The notes below the pieces were generated by a model. That model was not told the DNA's origin. It saw only the letters and a program-made list of their open reading frames with translations, and searched no databases. A DNA stretch of 63,229 bases, counting the filler, from Bipalium vagum (Eukaryota), in assembly GCA_037834085.1 (NCBI GenBank). It is 3 parts of 3 records of this genome, joined end to end, with 100 filler letters (N's around TTAATTAATTAA, not from the genome) between each part and the next. Parts side by side here need not be neighbours in the genome. Positions count along the whole stretch, not along the records: positions 22,242 to 40,868 come from JBBMKC010023879.1; 2 more parts are not named here. One strand, written 5' to 3'. The position numbers and the translations under genes were made by a program. Below are positions 25,901 through 40,100 of the stretch, one piece after another (the first letter of the stretch is position 1; the number at the start of each line of letters is the position of its first letter).

Positions 25901-28602
25901 ATAATTTTTTTTATTTTAAGTAATAATTTTACGAGGGTTTGTAAAAACGGATTTATTTTCTCAAGTTACTTATTAACCCAATGCTCTCAAGAATCACCAG
26001 CTGAAACCAAGCACGCTGTAAAGTGTCCAGCAACGTAAACTTGAATTCCTTTCCCTCTTCAATAGCATCAAGTCTGTGGCATAGCAAGGACTTCTTGTAG
26101 TGGCCTTTGAAGCTCTCTATGATTCCTTGATCCATTTCTTCGAGTTCGCCGTTCAGTCAACTGGGATGTCCTTGTTCTTGAAGGCACGAAGTCTTTTGGA
26201 AGCGCCAATCACCAGAAGAGGAAACTTCTCGATGCCATTCATACTTGTCCCAACCAAAAGAGTTATCATTTTCTTACTTTTCTTTCCTCCTGTAAACTGT
26301 TCTCCCTGAAAGCCATGATCATATTCGGAAGTAGTTGCCAGAAGAGTCCAGTCTTGTCCAGGTTGAAAAAGTCGTCTGTGGAGAGCTGTGTAAGTAATAC
26401 CGTGTTTGACCTTGACATGCAAAAATTCAGACTTTTCATGACTCGTACCTTTTAACAATCACACAAAAGTGGCATAGCAAATATATTTTGTATTTAATTT
26501 TGTTGGAACCTGATAAAAGTGGCTGATAGCGAGAGTGGTAACGGGATTTACATGTATTAAAAAGAACATTTTTTGTATTCAGAAAGTTTAAGAACTTATC
26601 AGTGTCTTTTAAAGTTTATTATAAAATTTCAATATTATAGTACCTTTTATATTGAAAATAAAAATTAACGAAGTAATAATTATTAACAAGTTATAAAAAA
26701 TAATAGAATAGTAATTACCAACAAGATTTTCTTAATTCCATAAAAATTCATATATGATGATTTATAATTTAGGGTCCACAAGGAAATTTTGGTACATCGG
26801 GACCAGTTGGTTCTAGAGGACTTAAAGGACTTCCAGGACCTCAGGGCCTACCAGGATTTCGGGGGAAAAAAGGTGAAAGAGGTCCACCAGGAAAAACTGG
26901 ACCTTCTGGTCCAATTGGAAATCAAGGTCCAACAGGTCCTATGGGATTAGAGGGAAGTCAGGGTCACTTAGGACCTGCAGGTCCTATGGGCACAGAAGGT
27001 CCTCCAGGACCACAAGGCATTGCCGGTCCTATTGGAGATCCAGGAATTGAAGGAGTTGATGGCCCTCCTGGACCACGAGGTAAACAAGGTCCAGAAGGGG
27101 AAAGAGGCCAATCTGGTAATGAAGGTAAACAAGGAAAAAAAGGAAAAAATGGAAAAAATGGTAAAGATGGACGAGATGGTAACCCTGGTAAAACAGGATC
27201 TCCTGGTAAATCTGGGATGATTGGTCATCCGGGATGGATGGGTGTTATAGGAAATCCAGGCCCGAGAGGAAAACCAGGACCAATAGGAGATCCAGGAGAT
27301 AAAGGACCTTTGGGGAATATCGGTCCTCCAGGAGAGCCAGGTTTACATGGTTATGTAGGCTCTACTGGAACCAAGGGATTTCCTGGTGACAATGGTCCAC
27401 CTGGACCAATTGGTTTGACAGGAAGAGATGGACCTCCAGGCTTACCAGGACCAGTTGGAAATCCAGGTCCACCTGGTCCCCCTGGCCCATCAGCAATTGT
27501 ATTTCCACTGAGAAGTATGCGAAAAAAAATACAAAATGATGATCCTTCGGCTGCACAGGTTTTTGGAAATGATGTGATAAGAAAACCTTTAGGCACTAGG
27601 GAATTACCTGCTAGAACTTGTAAACATTTAATGGAACAAAACCTTGACATAAATGATGGTTATACTTTTTTTTTAATTTTTAAATAATAAGTTATAGGAG
27701 AATATTATATTGATCCAAATGGTGGAAATATTAATGACGCTGTTCCAGTAAATTGTCATGCAAAGACGAAGGAAACGTGTATATTTCCAAAGTCGTCTTT
27801 TTTCAAAATAAAGAACTGGGGAAGTAATAATAATGTAGAGCATTCGTGGTTTGGAGAATCCACTGGTATTTTTAAAGTTAGTAGTTATTTTTGATTGCTT
27901 AAATGTAGCTTAACTAAGATGATATGATAGAAATAAAAATCGAGTATTACCGAAATTCACAATTTAATATGATTTAATTATTTCTCTATTTATTTTAGTC
28001 TAATTTGTTTATATTTTAATGAATAGTTAAAAATAATTAAATTAAAAGTATGTTCATGATTCAAACCAAGCAATTTCACCTTCCATTGTAAACGAGTTTT
28101 TTTGTTTTTAATAGTAAAACTTTAATATTTTTTAATAATAATAATAATGTTTAATAATAATAATATTATTATTAATATTAATATAGAATTATATTTGATT
28201 TTCCTTCCAGTTTGATTATCAAATTGAATCAAGTCAATTAATGTTTCTCAAGTTGCTCAGTTCTAATGCTAAACAAAGAATAAAAATTTCATGTCAAAAT
28301 CTTCAACTTTTAAATAATGCAAAATACCCTTTGACACTTTATTCCGATAACGAAGAAGAAGTGACAGAAACGAGTAATTTTTTCAGATACACTGTTATAA
28401 AGGATGGGTGCAAGGTATTAGTTATATAGGATTTTAACTCTTATTCTTAGATATATAGAATATTCAAGATGCTGTTGACAGTACTGAAATTGAAACTAAT
28501 ACCGAAGCTCATCGTTTACCAATAAGAGATATTGCTCTTAATATGGGAGATTCTGAAAATCAAAAATTTGGTCTTGAGATTGGCGAAGTTTGTTTCTCTT
28601 AA
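22914..28602 (+). CDS. fibrillar collagen alpha chain (Gly-X-Y helix plus COLFI C-propeptide), 5'-incomplete
   Basis: Exons 22914-23299, 23343-23756, 24949-25204, 25249-25688, 26773-27658, 27698-27876, 28211-28414 and 28459-28602, all phase-consistent. About 739 helix residues, then PARTC...[10 protein letters not shown]...ETCIFP...[10 protein letters not shown]...DGC...RLPIRD...[11 protein letters not shown]. Confidence 0.95.
24490..24665 (+). mobile_element. Tc1/mariner-superfamily 3' end relic in a collagen intron
   Basis: [10 protein letters not shown] (C-terminal GGHFE motif), then a TIR-like end ttttgaggcactctg-TA. Confidence 0.5.
25950..26560 (-). mobile_element. pogo/Tigger-like transposase relic in a collagen intron
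   Basis: [39 protein letters not shown] and [14 protein letters not shown] (ORFs 26153..26458, 25953..26135); internally deleted. Confidence 0.85.
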
Positions 28603-28674
28603 ACTTAAAGTCTCCTGTTGTATTACGAGACTGTGTTTGAACCTTTTTTCTGTAATAATATTTTGTATAAATCA

Positions 28675-28680
28675 AATAAA
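28675..28680 (+). terminator. candidate polyadenylation signal of the collagen gene
   Basis: AATAAA about 70 nt after the stop codon. Confidence 0.5.
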
Positions 28681-28799
28681 TTTTTGATTTGAATATAAAA
28701 AATAAAAGTTTCTTTTGTTTTATGATATTATTTTAAAAGGATATATATATTATATATTAAAGGGTTATATAAAGATAGAGGGTTACAATTCCGGGTCTA

Positions 28800-31600
28800 G
28801 TCCTCAAAGTCTAATATATTTACCTACTAATAATATAATTAATAAAAATATTTTCAAAATGAATTAATAGACAATTAAATATTATTTTAAATAATAAATT
28901 TAGTTATCAATTTTTTACTAATTGTAAATTGTAGAACCCGAATAAAATTAATTCAGAAAAATTAAGTAAACTATTATTAAATCAATTTTATTCATAAAGA
29001 GAAAAATTAATAAAAGAATATCAAATAAATAATACAGTTTTATTTCACTTAGAAAATTAAAGACTCATTGAAGAAAAGCAACAAAAAGAATATGAATGAA
29101 ATCTGGAAAAATAATACCAATACAAATAGATTTATTTAAATATCAATTAATTAATATCATTAATTAAATATCATTAGTAGGATCATCATTTATAAAAAAT
29201 TAAATATCATTTAAATTAGAAAATATTATTAATTTAAAAATAACGATATTAAATGGTTTATTTATAGTGAATTAGCAAATTTATTTCCACTAGAAATTAA
29301 TTTAAATCGTATTAATAATTATACAAAATATATAAATGAGTTAAATTTAACAAATATTAATTTTTCAATGAAAATAAGGAATATTAAAAAAAATTAATAA
29401 GCAAAATAATAATAAATAGTTTAAATTTAAAATGCCGTCCATATGTTTTTGGCCACCTTGTAAAAATGGACATAATAGTAGACTATTGTTTAAATTAGAA
29501 GATTTATGTTTTGAACTACTTTAATTTAGATACATGATGAAATTTCATTAAAAAATTATTACAAATAAATGTTTTATAATTATTAAAATACATTTGTTAT
29601 AATAAAGTTTTTAAAATTTTGATGTTATATAAATAAATAAACTATTTTAAAGAGTAAATTAATTTTTAAAGTAAAATCTATACCTACAACATTTTACTAA
29701 TGGTTAAGTTATTAAATATATATATATATTATATATTAAATTATATATATATATATAATTTTAGAAATTCTTTTGTTAAATGTGACTAAGATATTATTCA
29801 TTAAAAAATTGAAAGAGGGTTTGTCTCGGAGAAAAGTTACAAGTAAACTCAAAATTTCAAGAAATGTTGTTCAACATATTATACGGAAGCTGCAACAAAT
29901 ACGCACAAATCAGAAAGATCACTTATCGGATGTCAAAGCAAAATCCCCAGAAAACAGTAGGTAATCTTTTTATCGATTGGAGATCACGCAAAACTTCCTC
30001 AGTTATTACTGTGAAACGTATTCTGAGAAATTATGGATTGTTCGTACGAATTGCAGCGAGAAAACTATATTTAAATGGGCGATATATCAATAAAACACTT
30101 AAAGTTGTACAGAAATTATGGTAAACTATTTCCTTCTTTTTGGAATGAGGTGATTTTTACTGGTGAAAACCAGATAGAACTGTTCTCTAGAAGAAGAGAA
30201 TACGTCGAAAATTGTTAAATTTGGAGAAAAGAGTTTGATGGTTTGAGGCGCAATCAAAGAAGATGGTACCAGAGCTTGGATCACATGAATTCTAATGTCT
30301 ACCGGGATGTTTTGAAGAAAGGCTTACTGCTAATACATGAGGCATAGAATATATTTCAGCAAGACGGAGCTCCATGCAATAATTCAAGATTGGTGACTTT
30401 ATTTTTGGAAAAGTCCAAGTTATGCGTGCTGAGTGATTGGCCTACTCAATCACCAAACCTGAATTAATTGAATATCTGAATTGAGTCTGAATATAATTGG
30501 GCTGTTTTGAGGTGATCCGAAAGCCAAAGTTGCTATGTAATAATTTCTAGTATCTTAATTGTTCATGCGTTTGAATGTTTCCTTAAATTTGTTTGGTCAT
30601 TTGAAATGTAAATGAAAGATGTTTTACTGATGTTTTAGTCTTGTATCCAAAATGACTTAAACGTCGATGTTTTTGAAAAAAAATCGAATTTTGTACATTT
30701 ACAAAAATAGAGCTTTAGAAAGTTTTGATTAAAAACATATTCTTCAACATAGTCTCTCATATATGTAGTTAAATAAAGACTATTGTATAAATTGTAAAAT
30801 TGTATAAGACTATTAAATAAAGTATTATATTTTATTATTATTTATTTATATTTTATTATTTCATTTTATGAAAATTATAGAGGTGTTTCAAAACATATGG
30901 GCATCGAGCTTATAAGTATTTGTCAAGAATTTAAAGAATCAAAATCAACATTTCATAAAGATAAATATTATCAATTCAGTAATTATTAGTATAAAAATAA
31001 CTTATCATTCGTATTATAGTGATTTTGAAAATTGGAATTTATATGAGAAAATTCACGTATGAATAAAAAATTTTTGTTTATATTGAAACTCTTAAAAACT
31101 GATTTTCCAAAATTAATTAAATCAGATTATGTATTATGAATTTTATGGAGAAAATATAATAAATGATTTTATAACATATTTAAATAATATTAATGAAAAA
31201 TTAACCGACCTAATAAAACATAAAAACCATTCATTATTATAACTGAAAAGATGAAATTGGTTTTATTAATTTTAAATAATTGAATCCAAATCAGAAAAAT
31301 TTAGCAGTACCATTTAAATGGAAAATATAGAGGGGCTTCTCATAAAAAATGCAATATAAAAACTTTTAAGTGATAAATCACTTGATTTTTTTTCATTTCA
31401 TTTTATTTTTATAATGAATAAGAATATGATTTTCATTTATTTTTTAAAGAATTAATTAAAATATATCCAAATGAAAAAATATATAATTCCTTATACAAAT
31501 GAAAGTTATATAAATTTTAGTTTTAAGAATATTAGATTTATAGATTCTTTAAGAATGTGTTCAAATATTTCAATTAAAACTATGAAAAAATCTTTATTGA
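28800..31600 (+). mobile_element. decayed Maverick/Polinton fragment (N-terminal half of pPolB), interrupted by a Tc1
   Basis: Ordered relic motifs GSSFI (about 29180), DFE (31021), HLNGKYRGASHKKCN (31311-31355), YDFHLF and RFIDS (about 31540); terminal-repeat-like motif at 28800-28829. Confidence 0.7.
29432..30906 (+). mobile_element. decayed Tc1-like element
   Basis: Imperfect TIRs ccatatgtttttggccacct / aggtgtttcaaaacatatgg; HTH-like ORFs 29773 and 29864; FQQDGAPC and DWPTQSPNLN motifs. Confidence 0.82.
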
Positions 31601-32539
31601 AATCTAATAAATATGAAATATGAAAATAATTAATAAATATGAAAATCTAAAATATATTTATAATTAAGACAAATCAAAACTTTAAAATAAAAAAAATTTT
31701 CAATATGTATTGAAAATTCCCTAACTAAAATAAATCAATGAAGAAATATTTAATTTATTTAATTAATGTGTATTATTTTTGAGAGATCGTGTGTATAAGG
31801 TTGACAGAAAAATGAAAAATAAATTTTTATATTTTTATTATTATTGTTAGGAGCTTGTATGTTTCGCAGTGCATGCATTGGTGAAATTAAAATAAAATTA
31901 TACAAAATAAAATATTTTTTTATTATCGTTTTACTAGCGTTTATTCGAATTTTTATTTTATGAATTGATTTAGAAAAAATTATTTTATTTATGAATATAT
32001 TTTAATAAAATTTTTTGTGGTCTAAATAAGGTCACTATTTAATAAATATTTTAAATTTATATTTTAATTATTTTTATCTATTAATTTAAGTTTTATACAT
32101 TTTTTAAATTTTAAAAATTAATACACACAAACTCCAAATTTTAACTTTTAATATCTTTGAACCCTTCAAACATTTTCAAGTTTTTATTTCAAAGTTATCG
32201 AGAACATGAATGTGCTCTATCTAACCGTATAACTTTTATTCTTGTATCACCATTATATGTACACCTTGACTTTTACATACACACAGATACCGTTTCTTTC
32301 TTTAATATAAATCCTCTATTCAAACATAAATTGAAGTGGGATAAAATTAAAAGGTTTAAAATCGTGTTACATGATGTGGCAGGTTTGATAGGGTATAAAA
32401 CATTCAAAATATTCAACCATTAATAACTTTTAATCTACTGAATCGATTTTAACAAACTATATATCAAACTATAGGTACTTAAATTCTATATAATACTACA
32501 TATGTATTCACATAAAATAAAATTTAAGTTAAAAAATAG

Positions 32540-33395
32540 CAAATGAAAAACTCTATGAAAAAACAAAAGTTCTTCCTCCTGAAAAAAGTAAAAAATTAGC
32601 AACTGAACTTCATAAAGAATTTAGAAAAACTAAAAATTTCTTAAAAGTAACAGAAAAAAACAAAGATGATATTTGGTCTGCAGATTTAACATTTGTCCCA
32701 GGAGAAAGAGATTATAAAAAAATTCTAACAGTTTTTAATTTATATACTCGTTTTGCTTTTGCTGTTCCTTTAAAAAATAATTCAGGTCAATCAATTAGAG
32801 ATGCATTTGATAAAATATTTGAAGATTCTAATAGAGTTCCAGAAAAACTTTGAGTTGATAAACTAAAAGAATTTTACAATAAAACATTTGAAGAATTTTG
32901 TAATGATAACAAAATAGAAATTTAATCAACAGAGAATGAAGGAAAAGTAGTTTTCATTGAAAGATTTAATAGAACTCTAAAAAATTTAATGTTAAAAAAA
33001 TTAACAGAACAAGGAAATAGAACATGGTTAAATCTTTTACCAAACTTAATTAATTTTTATAATAATAAAATTCACAGTTCAATTGGAATAACACCAACGG
33101 AGGCATCTAAAAGTCTAACGAAGTTGGCTGACCCTATGGCTAATCCTGAAAAGTTAAAGAATGATCTAACTGATGAAACTTCTTCCATTTCTCAATTACC
33201 CTCAAAACCAAAATATCATATTGGAGATAAAGTAAGAATTTTAAAATATATAAAAATAAATTTGAAAAAGGATATACAGCAAAATGGACAAATGAAATAT
33301 TTATTATTAATGAAATTTATTTTACAGCTCCAATTGTTTATGGAATTAGAAATTTAAAAGGAGAAAAAATTATAGGTAGATTTTATGAAAATGGC
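32540..33395 (+). pseudogene. Polinton retroviral-like (rve) integrase, disrupted
   Basis: LATELHK...DIWSADL...YTRFAFAVPLKN...PEKL*VDKLKEFYN...IERFNRTLK...YNNKIHSSIGITP...GDKVRI...GRFYE, with stops and frameshifts. Confidence 0.9.
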
Positions 33396-35039
33396 ATTTT
33401 TTTGGCATTCTTACTAGAAAGCTTTATCCAAAAACAGTATATATTTTGAAAAATTAAAAATCAATATAACCATTTTTGGATATTTTTATAGAGACAGAAC
33501 ATTTTTTTGAAAGTTTAATTTACAATAATATTAGTTGCAAATAAAAATGAATACATAAACAATAATATTGTAAATTTTAGAACAACAAATAATCATAATG
33601 TTTTCGGTTGGTGCAATACTTATAGGAATTCTTTTATGCCGAATGGAAAACCTTTAAAAAAAGTTCGTTAAAAGTTATAAAGGAGCTGATTAATTATTTC
33701 TAAGATTTACTCAATTGATTTGGACTGATAAAAAAAGAAATTTTATTTTTTTATAATTCAAAAAATAAATTTAAGTCCATTTGTAATACGCGTAGCTTCA
33801 CTGTAGATGGAAACACTAATTTTTCATTTAAAATTAATTCAGAAAATAAAAAAATTTATGGGATTATAATTTTCCATAAATATTTACAAAATAATGAATT
33901 AAATGAAATTGAAATCTTTATGAAACAATTTTATCCTAATATACAGTATGATGTAAAATTCTAAATTTTTTTTTAAAAAATGGAAGAATCAGGTGCACTT
34001 TTTGAAACATTATATTTTTCAACTTAAAGCTACAGAAAATATAATTTTAACTAATGAAGAAATTGAACAAGCAAAAAAATTCAAGAATGTAGAGAAAATA
34101 TTAAAAAATAAAAATTGAAATGTTATTGAAAACGTTTAAAATGAAACTAAGAAAGAGTTGAAAACAGAATTGAAAAGGAGTATCTAAAAAAAGTTAAAAG
34201 TGTATAAAAATTATTTTTTTAAAAGAAATGAGTGCTTTATATAATTGTATAATTTTTGAATTAAATATAATTTTATATTTATTAGAAATTTTTCCTATTT
34301 AAAAAACATTGAAATTCAATCTCTTTAAGATATTTATGATTTTTTAAAAATTGAATATTATGAATTTCCATGGGAATAATTATTTTTATTTTTTATTTTA
34401 AAAACACACTTAAGGTGCTACTATTTTTTTTCAAAAAAATCGAAATGGATGCAAATCAAAATTCAATTGATCTTAAAAAAAGAAAGAGAAAAATTTTAAA
34501 AATTACAAGAAGTGAAAAAGAAATTTGAAACAAATAAATTAAATCAATGGAAAGAAGAAAGAGGAATTCAACAAGATTTAAAAATTATTCATAAACCTGT
34601 TACTGATACAATTGATAAATTTAAAACAAGCAGAAAGATGAGAACAAAGTTATTTAAACTCAAACTTCTGAAAAAATAAAAGATTTAGAATATGCTAATA
34701 AAAACTATTGGAAAAACTTGAAAAAAGAGAGAAAATGAAAACTGAGAATTTAATTGATGAAAATGAAGATACTGTTTTTAATAAAACTATGATCAACCTC
34801 CAAAATATGAAGATTTTTATTTTGAAAACTTATTTCATATTAATCATGAATGTTACTTACCAGTAACATTCAAAGCATCAATTGAAAAAAGTATTTTAAC
34901 AATAAATAAAATATCTTTTGAGTTATTTAAAATTGGTAATGAAATTAATTTTTGAAAGCAAAATAAACCAGAGTCAGGAATATTATAAGAGGGATTAAAA
35001 TCATAAATTGAATTTAAAGAAAAAACAATAAAAGTTGTT

Positions 35040-35163
35040 CTAAAAAAGCAAATGAAATTCAACCTTCTGATAAATTAGATAAGAAATTAAAAAATTTAAT
35101 TATTTTTGATAATGTAATAAATGAAAAAAATCAAACTATTATGGAAATGAATTTTACAAGAGA
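35040..35163 (+). pseudogene. Polinton packaging ATPase fragment (Walker B region)
   Basis: EIQPSDKLDKKLKNLIIFDNVINEKNQTIMEMNFTR resembles KNLIIFDD...FTRGRH. Confidence 0.65.
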
Positions 35164-35480
35164 ATACAAGCAAATAATTCTTACTATCCTTTAAACCCTG
35201 TTCAATTTGAGAAAGGAAAAATAATAGAACTTTTTCAAATTTTGTAAAACCTTGTAAATATTTTGAGAATGATCCTCAATTATCTTTATTAGAATTTCAA
35301 AATTTATATTCTATATTTTGTTTTGATTTGTAAGATATACCAGAAAATTTATGCTTAAATCGAGTAGTTATAACTTTACATATTTTAAAAGATAAAGATT
35401 TTAAAGGAAAAATGAATGTTGTTTTATTGCAAGAGCAATTTATGGATATAAAATTAAAAGGAGGAAAAATGTTTAATATT
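35161..35480 (+). pseudogene. Polinton major capsid protein C-terminal fragment
   Basis: NNSYYP...PQLSLLEFQNLYSIFCFDL*DIPENL resembles the C-terminal YP...F..LY.IF.FD.S motif of Polinton capsid proteins. Confidence 0.55.
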
Positions 35481-37179
35481 GAAACAAAAATAAAAAGTAA
35501 TTTGATATAGATTTTTTTTATAAATTTTTGATATTATTAAATAATATATTAATTATTAAAATTTTGTAACATTTTTTATTATTATTTTACGATATATTTT
35601 TTAATCTTTATAATTTTTTTTTAATTTTTAAAATTTTTTGTTTCAAATATTTTCTTTAGTATAAGTATACTAAAAATATTTTTTAAGTTGTAGAGTTGTT
35701 ATGGGGGTTACATTTTTAATTTTTTAATATAAAAAATGGGTGATAATTATTATTGTGAATATTGTCAAAAATATATTTTAAAATCAAATAAAGGTAGGCA
35801 TGAAAAGTGCATTTAACTCTCTTCTTTCTACTCCTCCAAAAGATGAGATGAAGAAGGAATTGAAAGATTCTTCAAAGAATGAGGATGAGGATGATAAGAA
35901 GTAGGATGAGGACGAGGATGAAAGCCGGATCAAATGAAAATAAAATATGTTTAGAAAAAAATGAAAGAAAAATATTAACTTTGAATAATGAAAAAAACGA
36001 AATATATAAAAATTAAGAAAATGACAAAAAATCATAAAAAATGTTGGGAAAATAAAAATATAAAAATTACTGATTTAAAAAACCAAAATCAAAAATTAGA
36101 AAAAAGTATCTGTGATATTCGTGATGAAAAGTTTGATAAAATAAAAAATTTAAAGCAGAAATTATGAATACAAAAGAGAGTGAAGAAAAGAATAAAAAAG
36201 AAATTGAAAAATATTAAAAAATTATGAAAGAAAAATTAAATAGTTATCAAGCCGAATATAATGATTTACAAAAGGACTATAAACACTTAACTATTAAAAA
36301 GAAAAGATTGAAAAAAAATGAAATTGAAAAATGTAAAAATGAAATCAATGATCTTAAACAATAGTTAAATAATACTGAAACTCTTTTGAAATCCACAAAT
36401 GTAGGTTTCAACCGTAAATATGAAATTAATATTAAAAGATATGAAAATGTGATCAAAGATCTTAAGAAACAAACTTTTTTAGAAATTGAAAAATATAAAA
36501 ATGAAGTTGAAAGATTACAAAAAAGAATATTAAATACTCATGGACAAATTGATAGAATAAATCAAACAGAAATAAAAAGAACAATATTTCTTCGCAAACA
36601 GAATTTTATGCAAATAAATCTATAAAAAAACTTTAATGAAAATTTAGAAATTAAAAAAACAATAGATAATCAAATTGAAGGAATGAAAGAAAAATTTTAA
36701 AAAAACGTACAAGTGAAAGAATCGAAGAAATAAATGAATTTACATTTTAGATTTTAAGATCTTATGAAATAATATTTCAATCTTATTTTACAAATAATAA
36801 ATTAATAAGAGATGATTTAAAAATTATAGGAATAATAAAATAATATAATACAGAAATAATATTTTTTAATCTATGATAAAAATTTTATGAATAATGTAAA
36901 AAAATTCCAAAAGGCAAAATAAAGAGTAATATTTATAATAATTTTAGGATGTTTGATAATTTTTAATCATTTGATAATTAATTATTTAATAGTAATTTTA
37001 AATTGCATTTTTTTATTGCCCAAAATTTAGAAAATTTGGAAAAAAAATTATTTTTCATTTATTAGTTTCTTATAAAATTATTATATAAATTTAATTCCAT
37101 TTTTTACTTATTTTTTATTAGTTTGAAATATTAAATAAAATATTAATTCAATATTTTTTAAATAAAATCTTTTATCATA

Positions 37180-40100
37180 AAACTGATCTAATGCTTTTTT
37201 TTATTTTGGTGTAAAATAAATATATCATGCTTATCAGATTTTATATTTGTAATTATTTTAAAATCTTTTTCTGTTATTATTGGATTTATTTATTTATTTT
37301 TAAAATCTTCTAACTTCATTTCATTTTTAAAAATTTATGAATACCTTTATTTATAAGTTTTTGAGATTCCTTATTAGAAAGAACATTTTTTGTTTTATAA
37401 GCATAAGATTTTGATTTTAACGCTGCAAATTCTATTAAAATTTTACCCTTTATTTCATCTGTAAGCTTTCCTAATACTTTTTTAGTATAGTCATCTTTTT
37501 CTAATTTTAAACTAGTAGGAAATTCATTTTTTTTATATTCAAAAAAATCCACCCAATCTTTTAATTCATTTAAATCTTTATAAAGATCATTTGTTTTTAT
37601 ATTTATTACGAATGAATCAGTATCTTGATAAATTAATTCAATATCATCATTATATTTTAATTTTAGAACATCATAATAAAATTCATACATAATTAGTTTA
37701 GATAATTCTAAAATACAAAATACTAAATAAATTGGTTTATCCATTTTTGTTTGATATTTTTTATAATGAATTGCCATCGCATTTTCTGAAAATATTTCTC
37801 TTTTCACATAATTCTAATTGCCAAGTTAAACCGGGAGTTGAAACAAAATGACAAGGATCTAAAATTGGTGGTTTTCTAAGTTTTTCAAAAATATCTGTAA
37901 GTAACATCACATCTTGCTTAAGATACAGAATTGTATAATCCCAATGATTTTTACAAAACTTTGAATAAACTGCTTTATATCTTTTACATTCTTCATTAGA
38001 AATATTTGATTTCTTTAACATAGAATAAAAGGCTTCTTTTGATAATAATTCTGTTCTATTAAATTTTTCAATATCTTTAAAATATTCATACGGGTAAATT
38101 CCTTTGCCATTTAATAAATTAAATGTAGAAATATTAGAAGTTTTACTTCTAAGAACATTGCTCGTATTTAATTCAGAACTATACTTCGATTACATAAGTA
38201 ACTTCTAAAAAAATTTTCTAAGTTTTTTTTTATCTTTTAACCAGATCCATTATGAAAAAATATTGGAACTGATTTTGGAACACTTGCATTAAGATTACAA
38301 TCTAAATGTGCAGGATCTCTATAATTTCCATCATAATGATCATGATCAATTAATTTATTCATAAATTGATTTCCAGCTGCATCATAAGCAACAGCTTTAT
38401 CTTCAGTCTCGCTTTCACAAAAATGACAAATATTATTATTTTTAAAATGTTCCATTTCTTCTTCAGTTAAGTTATATGGTTTTTCTTTTCTCAAAGCATT
38501 GTAAAAAGTTTTTCAACATTTGTTAACCAATGACAAAATTCTTTTGTACAATTTTCACCTTTAAATAAACGATTATTTAATTAAATAATTGAGGACATTC
38601 TTCAATTAAATTTGGATAATGACAAACAATGTTTAAGAAAACGCATAATGGTTTTCCTTGAAATTTTATAAATGTATTTGTAAATAATTTTTCATATAAA
38701 TTTATATTAAAATTTTTAATGTAATTAATGATGTAATTATAATTTTTTATTTCACTTGGATTTCACAGCAACGCTGTTTGAGAATAATACTCTCGAAACT
38801 GAGAATCTTTTAATAATATTTCTCGATAACTACTTTTAAATTTTATTTCATTTATTGGTTTATTAATACATTCAATGTCTGCATAAATTACAAATGGAAG
38901 TCTTAGTTTATATGCATAATATGTAAAAGTTATTTTTTAATTCTGATCAGGAAAAATATATTTTGTTGGTTTATTTAAAATACAGAAATCATAATGATTT
39001 TCATAAGCAGATCTATTAATATTTATTTAAAACATCTTTCACAAATAAATAATTCCTCATCTTCACTCGGTTTAAGTCTGTATCCAATTTCTTCATTAAT
39101 CCATGTTTTAAAATCTTTAATTAAAATCTAATGATCTTCAATAAATCATAAAAATATTGTTTTATAATTATTAATATCCTGTGAAGAAATATATATTGGA
39201 CATGTTTTCCAAGATTTTCTTAATTCAATTTTGGAAACAGAAGGATTAGTTCCAAGGGTTTGCTTCTCTTTTTATTAATACATTCAATCATATAAACATT
39301 TATTCTTAATCCATTTTCTTTTTCACATTTATTAATATTACATATTTTCATTGATATATCTTCTTCATTATATTTAAATTTATTTTCATATTCTTTATAC
39401 TATGTTAATTTTTCTTTATGATGTGGAATTTTAGGTCGTATAAAATAAGAAATAATTGACCATATAAAACATTTTTATTTTGGTTCTGAATATTAATGAT
39501 TGAATGAGATTGAAAAGGTAAATGAATAAATGTTCTTCCTCTTAAATCTTTTATATCATCAATTGAAAGTGTTCAGTGAGAAAAACTATCGATTATCCAT
39601 CCAGATTTTTTTAATCGTTGCCAGGTGTTTTCCATTTTTTCTTCTAAATTTTGTAAAAATGTCTTCTGTTTCTGATGTAATATTATTTATTGTAATTATT
39701 GTTCCTACATCACATGAAGTTTAAAATATTCAGAATCAATTGGATGAAAAAATTTAATGTTCAAGTTTAATGAAAATTTTAATGGTTTAAAAAATCTTCC
39801 ATCTTGAATATGATAGAACATTGATTCTTTAATTTTTGGAAGAAAATTACTTAAATAATGTCTTACATCATCTCCTTCATAAATATCTTTAGAAATTAAA
39901 TAATCTTTTGAAGAATTATAAAATTGATCTTTTAAAGTAATATTATTTTCATAATTAAAATTATTTAAATTTTATTGTGAAATTTGTTGCAGCTGATTAT
40001 TTTGATTATCAAAATTATTCGGATTTTTATCACAATGTTTTTTATGACTTATTCTTGATGCAACTGTTCTGAAAATATCTCCACAAAAATTACATTGTTT

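Noticed and set aside
24927-27650. antisense and alternate-frame ORFs over collagen (24927..25175, 25312..25560, 25369..25551, 26968..27228, 27020..27220, 27351..27650, 27362..27556)
   Set aside because: Shadows of GGN-CCN-rich Gly-X-Y codons.
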